A stretch of DNA of 20,000 nt from an uncultured virus (IMG/VR IMGVR_UViG_3300036770_007242) (lineage: Duplodnaviria; Heunggongvirae; Uroviricota; Caudoviricetes): the IMG/VR virus record IMGVR_UViG_3300036770_007242. One strand, written 5' to 3'. Below the pieces are notes generated by a model, which worked only from the letters and a program-made list of their open reading frames with translations, did not search any database and was not told where the DNA came from. Made by a program: the position numbers and the translations under genes. Of this stretch, positions 1-8,463 are shown one piece after another (position 1 is the stretch's first letter; every line of letters begins with the position of its first letter).

Positions 1-216
1 GATTCAATTCAACTTCTAGAGTTTTGTATTAAGAAATCACAAGCATACAAACTCATGGAAGGCAACGTTAATCCAATTGTTAAAACACTTGCAACAGAGC
101 TTGCAAAGCTTCCAATGCGTGACCTTAAAGCTCTTTGTGAGAGCGTTCCAGCAATGCGTTTATATGTTTCAAACGAAACATACAATCAACTAACACAAAC
201 AGTTTTAGGCGGCTGA
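1..216 (+). CDS. 3' end of a hypothetical protein (truncated by window start)
   Basis: Frame +1 is open from base 1 (DSIQLLEFCIKK...QLTQTVLGG) to TGA at 214-216. It converges with and overlaps the GroEL-like stop by 12 nt. It is absent from the ORF track. Confidence 0.7.
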   Translation, partial: DSIQLLEFCIKKSQAYKLMEGNVNPIVKTLATELAKLPMRDLKALCESVPAMRLYVSNETYNQLTQTVLGG

Positions 217-1575
217 AATAATTGTCCCACAAGCTGTGAAATAACTTCCAGCTAAACTAGCACCGTAAACCCCCGCCAAATATAAACCAATACTTGAAGC
301 TGGGTTGTTATTCCTAATCATATACTTGTGAGCTTCTTGCCAGTCCTTTGCTAATCCCTCTAAATCGATTTCTAATGGCTTGCAAAAGCCATAGGTATAG
401 GCAGTCCTACAAGCTCTAATTGCGTTATCTACACAGGCTTTAAAACGGTTTGCAGAGCCTCTGGGAATGCTAATCTTAACAATGTGAGCAAGTAAGTTTT
501 GAATTCGTTTGGTTGTTAAGTCTGCAAGGTCAGAAACTTCCGTGCTTTCTGCTTGTTCCTTGCGACGATTGTTTAGATAGTTTAAATGCACAAGAACATT
601 TCCTCTTGTTTTGTTGTTGTGAATTGTAAGAACTTTTTCGGTAAGACTTACCTTTTCTACAACCGGAAGCTCGTCGTAGTTAACATAAGTTAGAATCTCT
701 CCCTTAAGAGTAGAAACAACATCACACCCAGATACAACAGCAATATCATTAAGCATGTTCAGTGCTTCCAATGATTGCTCTAAACGTATTGGCATGATAT
801 CAAAACCTCCCCTAGAGTTGTTTGCATGAATCGTCGCAATAACTTCTTCAGAAAATCCTTGAGCAATAAACACCAAAGGAATCTTGGTTTCAAAACTTTT
901 TGATAACACTTTATCTAACTCTGAAACCTTTTCTACCATGCCGTCAACTAACAATACTTTTGCGTTGCTTCTTAACCATGTACCAAAAGCTGGTATAAAT
1001 CCTTTGAATGGATACACCTTGAAGTTATATCCAAACTGTAACTCAACTATAGTATTGGGTTGATCGTGTTCATCGAACACAATATTTCCTTCTATCCCAG
1101 CTAGTCTTGTTGCTTCCTTAACCGCTGAAGCCATATACAAGTCATCAGTAACTTGGTCAATAAGTTCATTTATTTGTGATGCGTTAGCTGGATAACAAGA
1201 ACGTAATATTGTTTGAAGGTACTTGGTTCCTTCTTCTTGGTTATGTTCCACTACTTCTTTATGTGTTAGGTTTTCATTTTTAATATTCTGATATGCATGA
1301 GAGATAAATGAACGTAGGAATAAGTTGCTTGTGTTATGGCATTTAAGTTCTAGTTGATAACAGGTTTGGATTAGTTCTTGGTAAAGCATACGTTCCCAAG
1401 AATTTGTTGGAGTTAAAAGTTTAGCAACAAGTTGGTAAGAATCTTTTTGCAGGTATGTTTGATTTTCTGTTGTTATAGCCAGCGTGATTTTGCTTAGGTT
1501 TTTTTCTAGCTTTTCAAGGCACGCAACCAAGTTTTTTTGTGTGTTATTTTTCTCGATAAAAGTGTTGTGTTGCAT
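205..1575 (-). CDS. groEL: Divergent GroEL/Cpn60-like chaperonin, ATPase motifs degenerate
   Basis: Intermediate and apical segments align by eye to GroEL: AGIEGNIVFDE..ELQFGYNF (VGKEGVITVEE..EVVEGMQF), VLLVDGMVEKVSEL..IPLVFIAQGFSEEVIATIHAN ([30 protein letters not shown]), MLNDIAVVSGCDVVS (MLQDIATLTGGTVIS), VDNAIRACRTA (VEDALHATRAA). GDGTTT and GGG motifs are absent. GAGG SD upstream on the minus strand. Confidence 0.85.
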   Translation of the reverse strand: MQHNTFIEKNNTQKNLVACLEKLEKNLSKITLAITTENQTYLQKDSYQLVAKLLTPTNSWERMLYQELIQTCYQLELKCHNTSNLFLRSFISHAYQNIKNENLTHKEVVEHNQEEGTKYLQTILRSCYPANASQINELIDQVTDDLYMASAVKEATRLAGIEGNIVFDEHDQPNTIVELQFGYNFKVYPFKGFIPAFGTWLRSNAKVLLVDGMVEKVSELDKVLSKSFETKIPLVFIAQGFSEEVIATIHANNSRGGFDIMPIRLEQSLEALNMLNDIAVVSGCDVVSTLKGEILTYVNYDELPVVEKVSLTEKVLTIHNNKTRGNVLVHLNYLNNRRKEQAESTEVSDLADLTTKRIQNLLAHIVKISIPRGSANRFKACVDNAIRACRTAYTYGFCKPLEIDLEGLAKDWQEAHKYMIRNNNPASSIGLYLAGVYGASLAGSYFTACGTIISAA

Positions 1576-1622
1576 TAATTTTCCTCTTGTTATAAGACTA
1601 TTTATATCAAAGAGGTGAAGTA

Positions 1623-2078
1623 ATGGCTACAAACTCTGAGAGAGAACTGCTGGAACTACTTGTCAAAAAAGTTAGTGATAGCTCTGCGTTAAATGGTGGT
1701 TTTGAAAAGCTTTGTGTAATGATAGAGCACGTACAAGAAGAGCAAACCAAGAGCGGAGTTAAGCTTGACAAGGTTTCGGAAGCATTATATGATCCGAACG
1801 TGGGTTTATTTTCTCGGGTTAAAGCTATTGAAAGCAAGCTTGATACCAACATCAAGGATTTGGACAAGAAGTGTGATGAGCTACCTTCTGTTAAGGAAGA
1901 GGTTGAAGACCTAAAAAAATTCCAAACGGCAATTGAGAGCATTGCCGGTAAGCAACTAGAGGAACTAACTGCTCTTGTGAATTTACGCAAGCGTCTTGCC
2001 AACATTTATTGGGCACTTGCGTTATCTGTATTGGCCTTTGCTGGAAACTTACTTTTCCAGCTAGCCAAACGTAACTGA
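1623..2078 (+). CDS. Coiled-coil protein with a C-terminal transmembrane helix (XhlA/holin-like topology)
   Basis: Heptad-rich body, then hydrophobic IYWALALSVLAFAGNLLF and a short basic tail. SD GAGGTG at 1612-1617. Confidence 0.65.
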   Translation: MATNSERELLELLVKKVSDSSALNGGFEKLCVMIEHVQEEQTKSGVKLDKVSEALYDPNVGLFSRVKAIESKLDTNIKDLDKKCDELPSVKEEVEDLKKFQTAIESIAGKQLEELTALVNLRKRLANIYWALALSVLAFAGNLLFQLAKRN

Positions 2079-2154
2079 TAGCATTCTCACCTATACAAAC
2101 GCCATTTCTAATATATTCTAGTAACTAAACCCTAACTTATAGGAGAAAAACAAT

Positions 2155-2376
2155 ATGAGTGAATCACGTTTGGTACTAGATGTATGGTCAGAGTTTAAGC
2201 TTTTGGTTGAGCAACTTGAAGAGGATGTTCACAAGAATGCAACCAAGGGTAATCTTTCAGCTGGAGTTCGTGTTCGTAAGAGTGTTCGTACACTTCGCAC
2301 TCTTGGTGCAGAGCTTATCAAGGCAACACAAGCTGCTGATAATGCTCGCAAGGAAGAACGTAAATCTGCCGAATGA
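2155..2376 (+). CDS. Histone H1-like (Hc1 family) small nucleoid protein
   Basis: KGNLSAGVRVRK matches the Hc1 signature KGNKAA(A/G)xRxR of chlamydial Hc1 and Bacteroidota 'histone H1'. 73 aa, helical, strong SD AGGAG at 2141-2145. Confidence 0.75.
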   Translation: MSESRLVLDVWSEFKLLVEQLEEDVHKNATKGNLSAGVRVRKSVRTLRTLGAELIKATQAADNARKEERKSAE

Positions 2377-2403
2377 CAGCTAGAATTAAAACTAGTGCTT
2401 GAC

Positions 2404-2436
2404 AAAGGGGCAGTAACAAACTGCCCTTTTTTGTTT
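2404..2436 (+). terminator. Rho-independent terminator
   Basis: AAAGGGGCAG-taacaaa-CTGCCCTTTT stem followed by a T-rich tail, downstream of the Hc1-like gene. Confidence 0.75.
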
Positions 2437-2464
2437 GGTTCGCTACTTAAGAACGGACGGTTAA

Positions 2465-3868
2465 ATGAAAAAAACTTACATTCTCGATACAAACGTTTTG
2501 CTTTCTGATAGTAACAGCTTGTTTGGATTTGAAGAACATGACTTGGTTCTTCCTCTTATAGTTCTAGAGGAGCTTGACCGTCATAAAGATCGTCAAGATG
2601 AAGTTGGTAGAAATGCTCGTGAAGTAGTACGTAAGCTTGCAGACCTCACCAAAATCAACAAAGACTTTAAAGCAGGTGTACCTCTTGGTAAAAACCTGGG
2701 AACACTAAGAATCCTATCTATTGAAGATATCTTCTCAGAGAACGGTAGTGTAACACTTCATAAACTTCCAATGGAAATGGAAGCAAGAAAAAGCGGTGAC
2801 AACACTATTGCTCAATTCTGTGTAAATTACATTGAAAAACACACCGACGTACAAATTGTTCTTGTAACAAGAGACACAATCCTTCGTCTAAAAGCTCAAG
2901 CTCTTGGTATCGTTTGTGAAGATTATCGTAAGTTCAATGTAGCGACATCAGTTAACAGTCTTTACTCTGGTGTTAAAACTATTGAGCGTGAGGATATTGT
3001 TGTTGCTGATTTCTACAAAAACAACGAACAGTTCTTCTTGCCAAAAGATATTGAAGAAGAACTATATCCAAACCAATTTCTTGTATTGAAGAATGGCCAA
3101 CAATCTGGTATGGCAAGATTTATTACCAAAGGTGAACCAGTACTTCCAGTTGGAGAAATCAAAAGCAAGATTCAACCAAGAAACAAGGAGCAAGAATTTG
3201 CTCGTGAACTTCTTTTTGATGAAAGTGTTAAGCTTGTAACTCTTGCTGGTAAATCTGGTTGCGGTAAAACTCTTCTTGCTATTGATGCTGGACTAGAACA
3301 AGTATTGAACCAACGCAAATATCGTTCACTTGTTATTTGTCGTCCAGTTATGCCTGTAGGAAAAGATATTGGATTCCTTCCCGGCGATTTAAACGAGAAG
3401 CTAGAGCCTTGGCTGGCACCTATCAAGGATAACCTACGCTTTCTTTTAGGAGCCTCAGAACCCACCAAAGAATCGTCTACAGGCACACGTAGAAAAAAGC
3501 TTGCAGAACCAACAGTAAAATTTGATGAACAAGTTCTTCAAAGCTACTTTGACGAAGGTATTATTGAAGTTCAAGCCATGACATTTATTCGTGGTCGTTC
3601 AATCGCTAATGCTTATATCATTGTAGATGAAGCACAGAACACCAACCTACACGAGATTAAAACCATTCTTACCCGTGTGGGAGAGAACACAAAGATTGTT
3701 CTAACAGGTGACCTTGAACAGATTGACAGCACATATGTTGACTCTGTAAGCAACGGTCTTTCTATTGCGATTGAAAGATTTAAGTCTCAAAAGATTTCCG
3801 GTCACGTTACCTTCCTCAAAGGCGAGAGAAGTTTGCTTGCAACAATTGCATCGGAAATTCTTCTATAG
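2465..3868 (+). CDS. phoH: PhoH family protein with N-terminal PIN domain (PhoH2/YlaK type)
   Basis: PIN motifs YILDTNVLL, VLEELD, DNTI, LVTRD.ILRLKA. PhoH ATPase motifs PRNKEQ, Walker A GKSGCGKT, GFLPGDLNEKLEPW, FIRGRS, IIVDEAQN, GDLEQID. Confidence 0.95.
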   Translation: MKKTYILDTNVLLSDSNSLFGFEEHDLVLPLIVLEELDRHKDRQDEVGRNAREVVRKLADLTKINKDFKAGVPLGKNLGTLRILSIEDIFSENGSVTLHKLPMEMEARKSGDNTIAQFCVNYIEKHTDVQIVLVTRDTILRLKAQALGIVCEDYRKFNVATSVNSLYSGVKTIEREDIVVADFYKNNEQFFLPKDIEEELYPNQFLVLKNGQQSGMARFITKGEPVLPVGEIKSKIQPRNKEQEFARELLFDESVKLVTLAGKSGCGKTLLAIDAGLEQVLNQRKYRSLVICRPVMPVGKDIGFLPGDLNEKLEPWLAPIKDNLRFLLGASEPTKESSTGTRRKKLAEPTVKFDEQVLQSYFDEGIIEVQAMTFIRGRSIANAYIIVDEAQNTNLHEIKTILTRVGENTKIVLTGDLEQIDSTYVDSVSNGLSIAIERFKSQKISGHVTFLKGERSLLATIASEILL

Positions 3869-3942
3869 AACCCGTGCTACCTACTATACACAAATCTAAG
3901 CACAGTAAACCAAGCTTGATCTATACTTAACTTGTATAGAAT

Positions 3943-4653
3943 ATGGCTGGTTTTAATCCCAACAGAAAAAAGAAAACTTACTCACTTAATCGTTCACAAC
4001 CTTCAAAAGTTATTGCGACGATTGTTGATGGAAAAGTTGAATACTTTGACGAAACGCTGGTTACAGTTGATAACCCATTCTATCAACTACAAACAGCAAC
4101 AAGTCAAGGTATTCCTCCACCTCCCCCTCCTCCACCCCCAGCAGAATACGATGAAGATGTAATTGAGTTTGATTGGACAGATACAGAAACAGCCACGTTC
4201 AATATAACGTTTTCTCAAACTCCATATCTTACACTCGAAGTTCTTCCTGCTGATGGGTATGAAAACATAGCATTTTTTGCAAACAATTTATCAACAACTG
4301 GATTTGTTGCTAACGTTTCTGCTCCTTTTAGCGGACAGTTGGTTTATAGAGCAATTTATTCTACTGTGTTTCCTGTTGTTATTGAACGTGTTGTTGTTAG
4401 CAACTCTTTTTATTACACAGCTTCTGCTGGCATAATACCAGAAAGCTCAAACTCAGAATTTACAGCAACATATAATCAATTGTTTCCAGCAACATATCCA
4501 ACACACATATTTTTCACACCAATAGATGATAACAATAATGGAGATGCAGGGGTAGCAATAGTACAAACTGGATCGATTGGGTTAACAAGTACAGAAGTAA
4601 CATATTCTGCACCAGTATATAACTCTATACACTATCTTGCAGTGAAACCATAA
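3943..4653 (+). CDS. Hypothetical protein, probably virion structural, with a poly-Pro linker and beta-rich C-terminal half
   Basis: Basic N-terminus, a 9-Pro run at 4114-4140, then Thr/Ser/aromatic beta-strand-like sequence. First gene of the fibre cluster. Confidence 0.6.
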   Translation: MAGFNPNRKKKTYSLNRSQPSKVIATIVDGKVEYFDETLVTVDNPFYQLQTATSQGIPPPPPPPPPAEYDEDVIEFDWTDTETATFNITFSQTPYLTLEVLPADGYENIAFFANNLSTTGFVANVSAPFSGQLVYRAIYSTVFPVVIERVVVSNSFYYTASAGIIPESSNSEFTATYNQLFPATYPTHIFFTPIDDNNNGDAGVAIVQTGSIGLTSTEVTYSAPVYNSIHYLAVKP

Positions 4654-4672
4654 AGCTTGGAGAGTTGACATA

Positions 4673-6361
4673 ATGGCATACGATTTTAGAGCAAATCAAG
4701 TTAGATTAAACCGAATCATCTCTTCTGGTTCTATTCCAATCATTATCTATCCTTCTAGCAGTGCAGCAGACTTTGCTGGTAACCTTGTTCCAAGCTTTTC
4801 TACAACTTCTATTGGTTCAGATGTATTTCTTTATGTCTCTGGTAGTTCTAACGCAAAAACTGTTTTTGGTGGAGACGTTGTATCTTCTGGCTCATTCCGT
4901 TCATTAAAAGGATTAACAGGGTCATTACAATATACAGATGACAGCAGCACACCATTTATTGTTGGTGGTCCAGATATAACAACAAACTATAACTCTTTAG
5001 GACAATGGGAAATATCTGGTTCAGAAGCTTCTTTCTTTACTTCCCCCAGTAATAACGTTGTTCAAACAACTGGTTCTTTTGAAGCTACATATCTTTCTGC
5101 TTCTTCTGGGGCAGAGATAACTGGCAGCTTGCTAGTCAATGGTGGAATAACAGGTTCAATTAGTGGTACTATTGCTGGCAATCCTTTTCTGAAAGCTGGG
5201 TTGAACATAACCACAAACTATAACTCTCTTGGTCAGTGGGAGATTACTGGTTCAGCAACCGGCACAAACTTTTGGACAGAACTAGATTCTACAAACATTT
5301 ACACAACCAGCTCTATAGAGGTTGCACGATTGAGTGCATCTCTTGGAGCAATTATTACTGGTAGTGTTGTTCAAGGTGTTGGTTGTACAGCAATAAACAA
5401 TTCTCACGCTGAAGGTTATGAATCAGATGTTTCAGCAGGAAGTTATGGGCATGCTGAAGGTTATCAGACGGATGTAACCGGTCAAGCAGCGCACGCTGAA
5501 GGCAACAGCACAACTGCTGCTGGTGATTATTCCCATGCAGAAGGTATTAGTACCAATGCTAACGGAAACTATTCACACAGCGAAGGCAACAGTACAACGG
5601 CAACAGGAGAAGGTGCTCATTCTGAAGGTAAAGACACTCAAGCTGTTGGAGATTATTCTCATGCAGAAGGTTCTGGTTCTATAGCAGCTGGGGATTATTC
5701 TCATGCTAGTGGTTTAAACACAGAAGCTTTTGCGAACTATCAAACAGCTGTAGGAAAATTTAACCTTACTAGCAATTCAGATTCGTTGTTTGTTGTTGGT
5801 GACGGTTTAAACTTATCTAATCGCCATGATGCACTAAGAGTTAATAGTGGTTCGGTTCAAGTAACAGGCTCATTGTTTGTTACGCAAGAAATGTCTGCAA
5901 GCATTATAAGTGCTTCATATGTTCGTGCAAACAACATTGATATCACACCGATAACAGCACAACTTACGATTGGTGGTGATGGAGTTAATCGTGCAAGTGG
6001 TTCTATATCTGGTTTGTTACAATCTGGTTCTTTGATGACAGCGGGAACTGTTGGAAAATTTGACGTAGAAGTTTTGGCAATGGATTACAACTTTGCTACC
6101 GGTGCAAGTTGGAAATACAGTGTAACTGCTTTATGGCCGCTAGCAGGTAGTTTTACCATTTTAGCTTCAACAGAAATAGCAGCAGAGTATGGTCCAACAG
6201 CAGGTTCATATAACCCAACAAATGATTGGGATGTAAACTTTAATGATCTTGGCCAAGTAGAGCTAACTGGTTCTTCTCCAGCTTTTCCCAGCGGTGGAAC
6301 AAGTTTTTATGTTCAAGTAACGAAAAAGATGATAGGCGGTTACGGAACAATCATTGCTTAA
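4673..6361 (+). CDS. Putative tail fibre/adhesin-like protein with SHAEG (YadA-head/Hep_Hag-like) repeats
   Basis: N-module MAYDFRANQVR, two NYNSLGQWEI connector units, about 8 HAEG/HSEG repeats (~5396-5714), C-terminal domain shared with 6432, 16596 and 17779. SD GGAG. Confidence 0.75.
   Translation: MAYDFRANQVRLNRIISSGSIPIIIYPSSSAADFAGNLVPSFSTTSIGSDVFLYVSGSSNAKTVFGGDVVSSGSFRSLKGLTGSLQYTDDSSTPFIVGGPDITTNYNSLGQWEISGSEASFFTSPSNNVVQTTGSFEATYLSASSGAEITGSLLVNGGITGSISGTIAGNPFLKAGLNITTNYNSLGQWEITGSATGTNFWTELDSTNIYTTSSIEVARLSASLGAIITGSVVQGVGCTAINNSHAEGYESDVSAGSYGHAEGYQTDVTGQAAHAEGNSTTAAGDYSHAEGISTNANGNYSHSEGNSTTATGEGAHSEGKDTQAVGDYSHAEGSGSIAAGDYSHASGLNTEAFANYQTAVGKFNLTSNSDSLFVVGDGLNLSNRHDALRVNSGSVQVTGSLFVTQEMSASIISASYVRANNIDITPITAQLTIGGDGVNRASGSISGLLQSGSLMTAGTVGKFDVEVLAMDYNFATGASWKYSVTALWPLAGSFTILASTEIAAEYGPTAGSYNPTNDWDVNFNDLGQVELTGSSPAFPSGGTSFYVQVTKKMIGGYGTIIA
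5396..5714 (+). repeat. About 8 degenerate 14-aa (42-nt) SHAEG coding repeats
   Basis: SHAEG, GHAEG, AHAEG, SHAEG, SHSEG, AHSEG, SHAEG, SHASG at 14-15 aa spacing. Confidence 0.9.
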
Positions 6362-6431
6362 AACCTAGCTGTGTCTTCTATTTATAGTGTGTCCATGAAA
6401 GTGTGGACCACAAAGAGGAGAATAAACAGTC

Positions 6432-7292
6432 ATGGCTATTAAACGGAAAACTCATTTGAATCTAAGTGGTTCCCACCATACCTTAGATTCAGACAACGCA
6501 TTTGTTGGTGGATTTGCATACATTACAGGATCGTTAACTGCTTCGCAAGGGATTTCATCCTCTGCCGTTTATGCAGACGGGATTGTGTCTGGCTCCCAAG
6601 GTATCTTTTCCCAGTTAACCGGTTCTCTTAGTGGAACACTAACAGGCGCTCCATTCCTTGTGAGTGGTGGTAATATGGCTGGTGTAAACTACAACAGTTC
6701 AACTGGCCAATGGGAAATCACAGGTTCTGCTGGAGGAGGAACAAACTTCTTCACAGAAATCGATTCAACTAATATCTTTACAACAAGTTCTGTAGAACTT
6801 GCACGATTGAGTGCATCTCTTGGAGCTATTATTACTGGCTCTGTATATGCAGGCTCTTTATTTGCACCTTCAAGTAACTTTAACATCAACGGTTTCAACA
6901 TTGTTCCTCTTTGGAACCATGCAACAACATCACAAATCGCACCAGATGCATTGTTGAGTGGCTCTTTGCTTACTGACAACATGCCAACTGACGGTATTGG
7001 ATTGTTTGATTTAAACGTTATAGCTATAGAAAATGATATTGCCATGCCATCGAACTTTGGTTCATGGAAGATGGTTGTTACGATGACTTCCTCAACATCT
7101 ATTGTTGGCATTGCTGGTGTAACAGAACTTGATAACGTTTTAGTTGGAGCAAGTGCGGCATCGTGGGACGTTAACATTAACAACAATCAAATCGAAGTAA
7201 CAGGATCTGCTGGAGCTATCAACCCAGTATACTGGATGGCAAAACTAACTCACAAAATGATTCTTGATAGTAACGGCCAAGTGATATACTAA
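6432..7292 (+). CDS. Putative short fibre/virion-surface protein (paralogue family)
   Basis: N-terminus MAIKRKTHLN..SGSHH.LD..AYITGSLTAS is shared with 17779. Connector and C-terminal domain are shared with 4673. SD GAGGAG at 6415-6420. Confidence 0.7.
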   Translation: MAIKRKTHLNLSGSHHTLDSDNAFVGGFAYITGSLTASQGISSSAVYADGIVSGSQGIFSQLTGSLSGTLTGAPFLVSGGNMAGVNYNSSTGQWEITGSAGGGTNFFTEIDSTNIFTTSSVELARLSASLGAIITGSVYAGSLFAPSSNFNINGFNIVPLWNHATTSQIAPDALLSGSLLTDNMPTDGIGLFDLNVIAIENDIAMPSNFGSWKMVVTMTSSTSIVGIAGVTELDNVLVGASAASWDVNINNNQIEVTGSAGAINPVYWMAKLTHKMILDSNGQVIY

Positions 7293-7322
7293 CAACTGAC
7301 TTAGTTTAAAATCACTCACTTT

Positions 7323-7365
7323 GTTTGCCGCAGTTCTGTAACAGGGATTGCGGCAAACTTTTTTT
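7323..7365 (+). terminator. Rho-independent terminator
   Basis: GTTTGCCGCA (7323-7332) and TGCGGCAAAC (7349-7358) form a perfect 10-bp outer stem, followed by T7. Confidence 0.85.
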
Positions 7366-7384
7366 CTTTTTGTACTTATTGGTT

Positions 7385-8401
7385 ATGTCAACAGCACCAG
7401 AACGCAAAACAATATTAAGCACGTTAGAAGACAATCATCAACTAGTGTTACCATCAACTTCCAGCGTTATAGGTTTAGACCTAACCACTGGAAAACAGTT
7501 GTACTACAACACAAGTACACACAGTTGGGCAAACCAAGAAACTGTAACAGCAAGTTATGGTGTGTTTTCTCAACTAACAGGTTCTTTGAGTGGAACAGTT
7601 ACTGGTAATCCTTTTATTGTTGCAGGTTCTAGTGTTACAGCAAACTATAACAGTTTAGGCCAATGGGAGATTACTGGAAGTGGTGCTTCTTTTTCTTCAC
7701 AAACACCACAAACAGTAAATATTAGTGGGACAGCTGGTAGTGCTGGTGTAAGCAGTGACGCAGCGAGAGCAGACCACTCACATGCAGTTGACACAAGCTT
7801 AAAATCTCTCGATTCTGCAACGTGGACAGCTGTTGGTACTGGCACTGCGACATTTACAAGTGGCACAGGCAGTCTTACTTTAACACCTGCACAAACAAGT
7901 GTAGGAATGACTTCACCAATAACTTTCTGTTCACCATTCTTTCCAGCAGTTGAGTATATTGCTCAGATTACACGAACAGCGACACCAACTGGAGTAGCTC
8001 ACAGGCAAAACATTGGACTTAATAACTCAGCAGTTTCTTTGGGTTTTTTACTTCAGATTGACAGCGGCAACTTAATATCATGTTTTTACGCAAACACAGC
8101 AAACAGCTGGCAGTTTTTCGCTTCTGCTGGTGCCATAACTCCTTGGAACGATGGATTGTTGTGGTTGCGGATTATTTTAACTCCTGCATATGTGTCGATG
8201 TACCAAGGCTCAGGAGCTACCACACCAACGTCATGGACTTTTATTGGTCGTCGTGATATCTCAGGCGGTCTTTTGGGTGCCATCGATGGTAACACAACAC
8301 ATTTTCAGTTTGGAATAAGCAAAGATGCTGGTGGTACTGGAAACTTTACTTGTACTGTTGACAACGTTCAGTGTCGTTCACTACTTGGAGCACCAACCTG
8401 A
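7385..8401 (+). CDS. Putative fibre protein with ARADHSH motif and a beta-sandwich-like C-terminal domain
   Basis: Start reassigned to ATG 7385 (MSTAPERK) because the track's TTG 7325 lies inside a terminator. Contains the connector SQLTGSLSGT..NYNSLGQWEITGS and AARADHSH. C-terminal domain is homologous to that of 8464. Confidence 0.7.
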   Translation: MSTAPERKTILSTLEDNHQLVLPSTSSVIGLDLTTGKQLYYNTSTHSWANQETVTASYGVFSQLTGSLSGTVTGNPFIVAGSSVTANYNSLGQWEITGSGASFSSQTPQTVNISGTAGSAGVSSDAARADHSHAVDTSLKSLDSATWTAVGTGTATFTSGTGSLTLTPAQTSVGMTSPITFCSPFFPAVEYIAQITRTATPTGVAHRQNIGLNNSAVSLGFLLQIDSGNLISCFYANTANSWQFFASAGAITPWNDGLLWLRIILTPAYVSMYQGSGATTPTSWTFIGRRDISGGLLGAIDGNTTHFQFGISKDAGGTGNFTCTVDNVQCRSLLGAPT

Positions 8402-8463
8402 TAGTTTATTTTCATGCACAACAACTCTGTGTTGCTACTTATATCCAAACTTAGGGATAAAAC

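Noticed and set aside
2399..2404. Perfect TTGACA -35 box
   Set aside because: No -10 element at 16-18 nt spacing; that position falls within the terminator stem.
7325..7384. N-terminal extension of the 358-aa ORF from TTG 7325
   Set aside because: It runs through a terminator hairpin and T-tract. ATG 7385 is more plausible.
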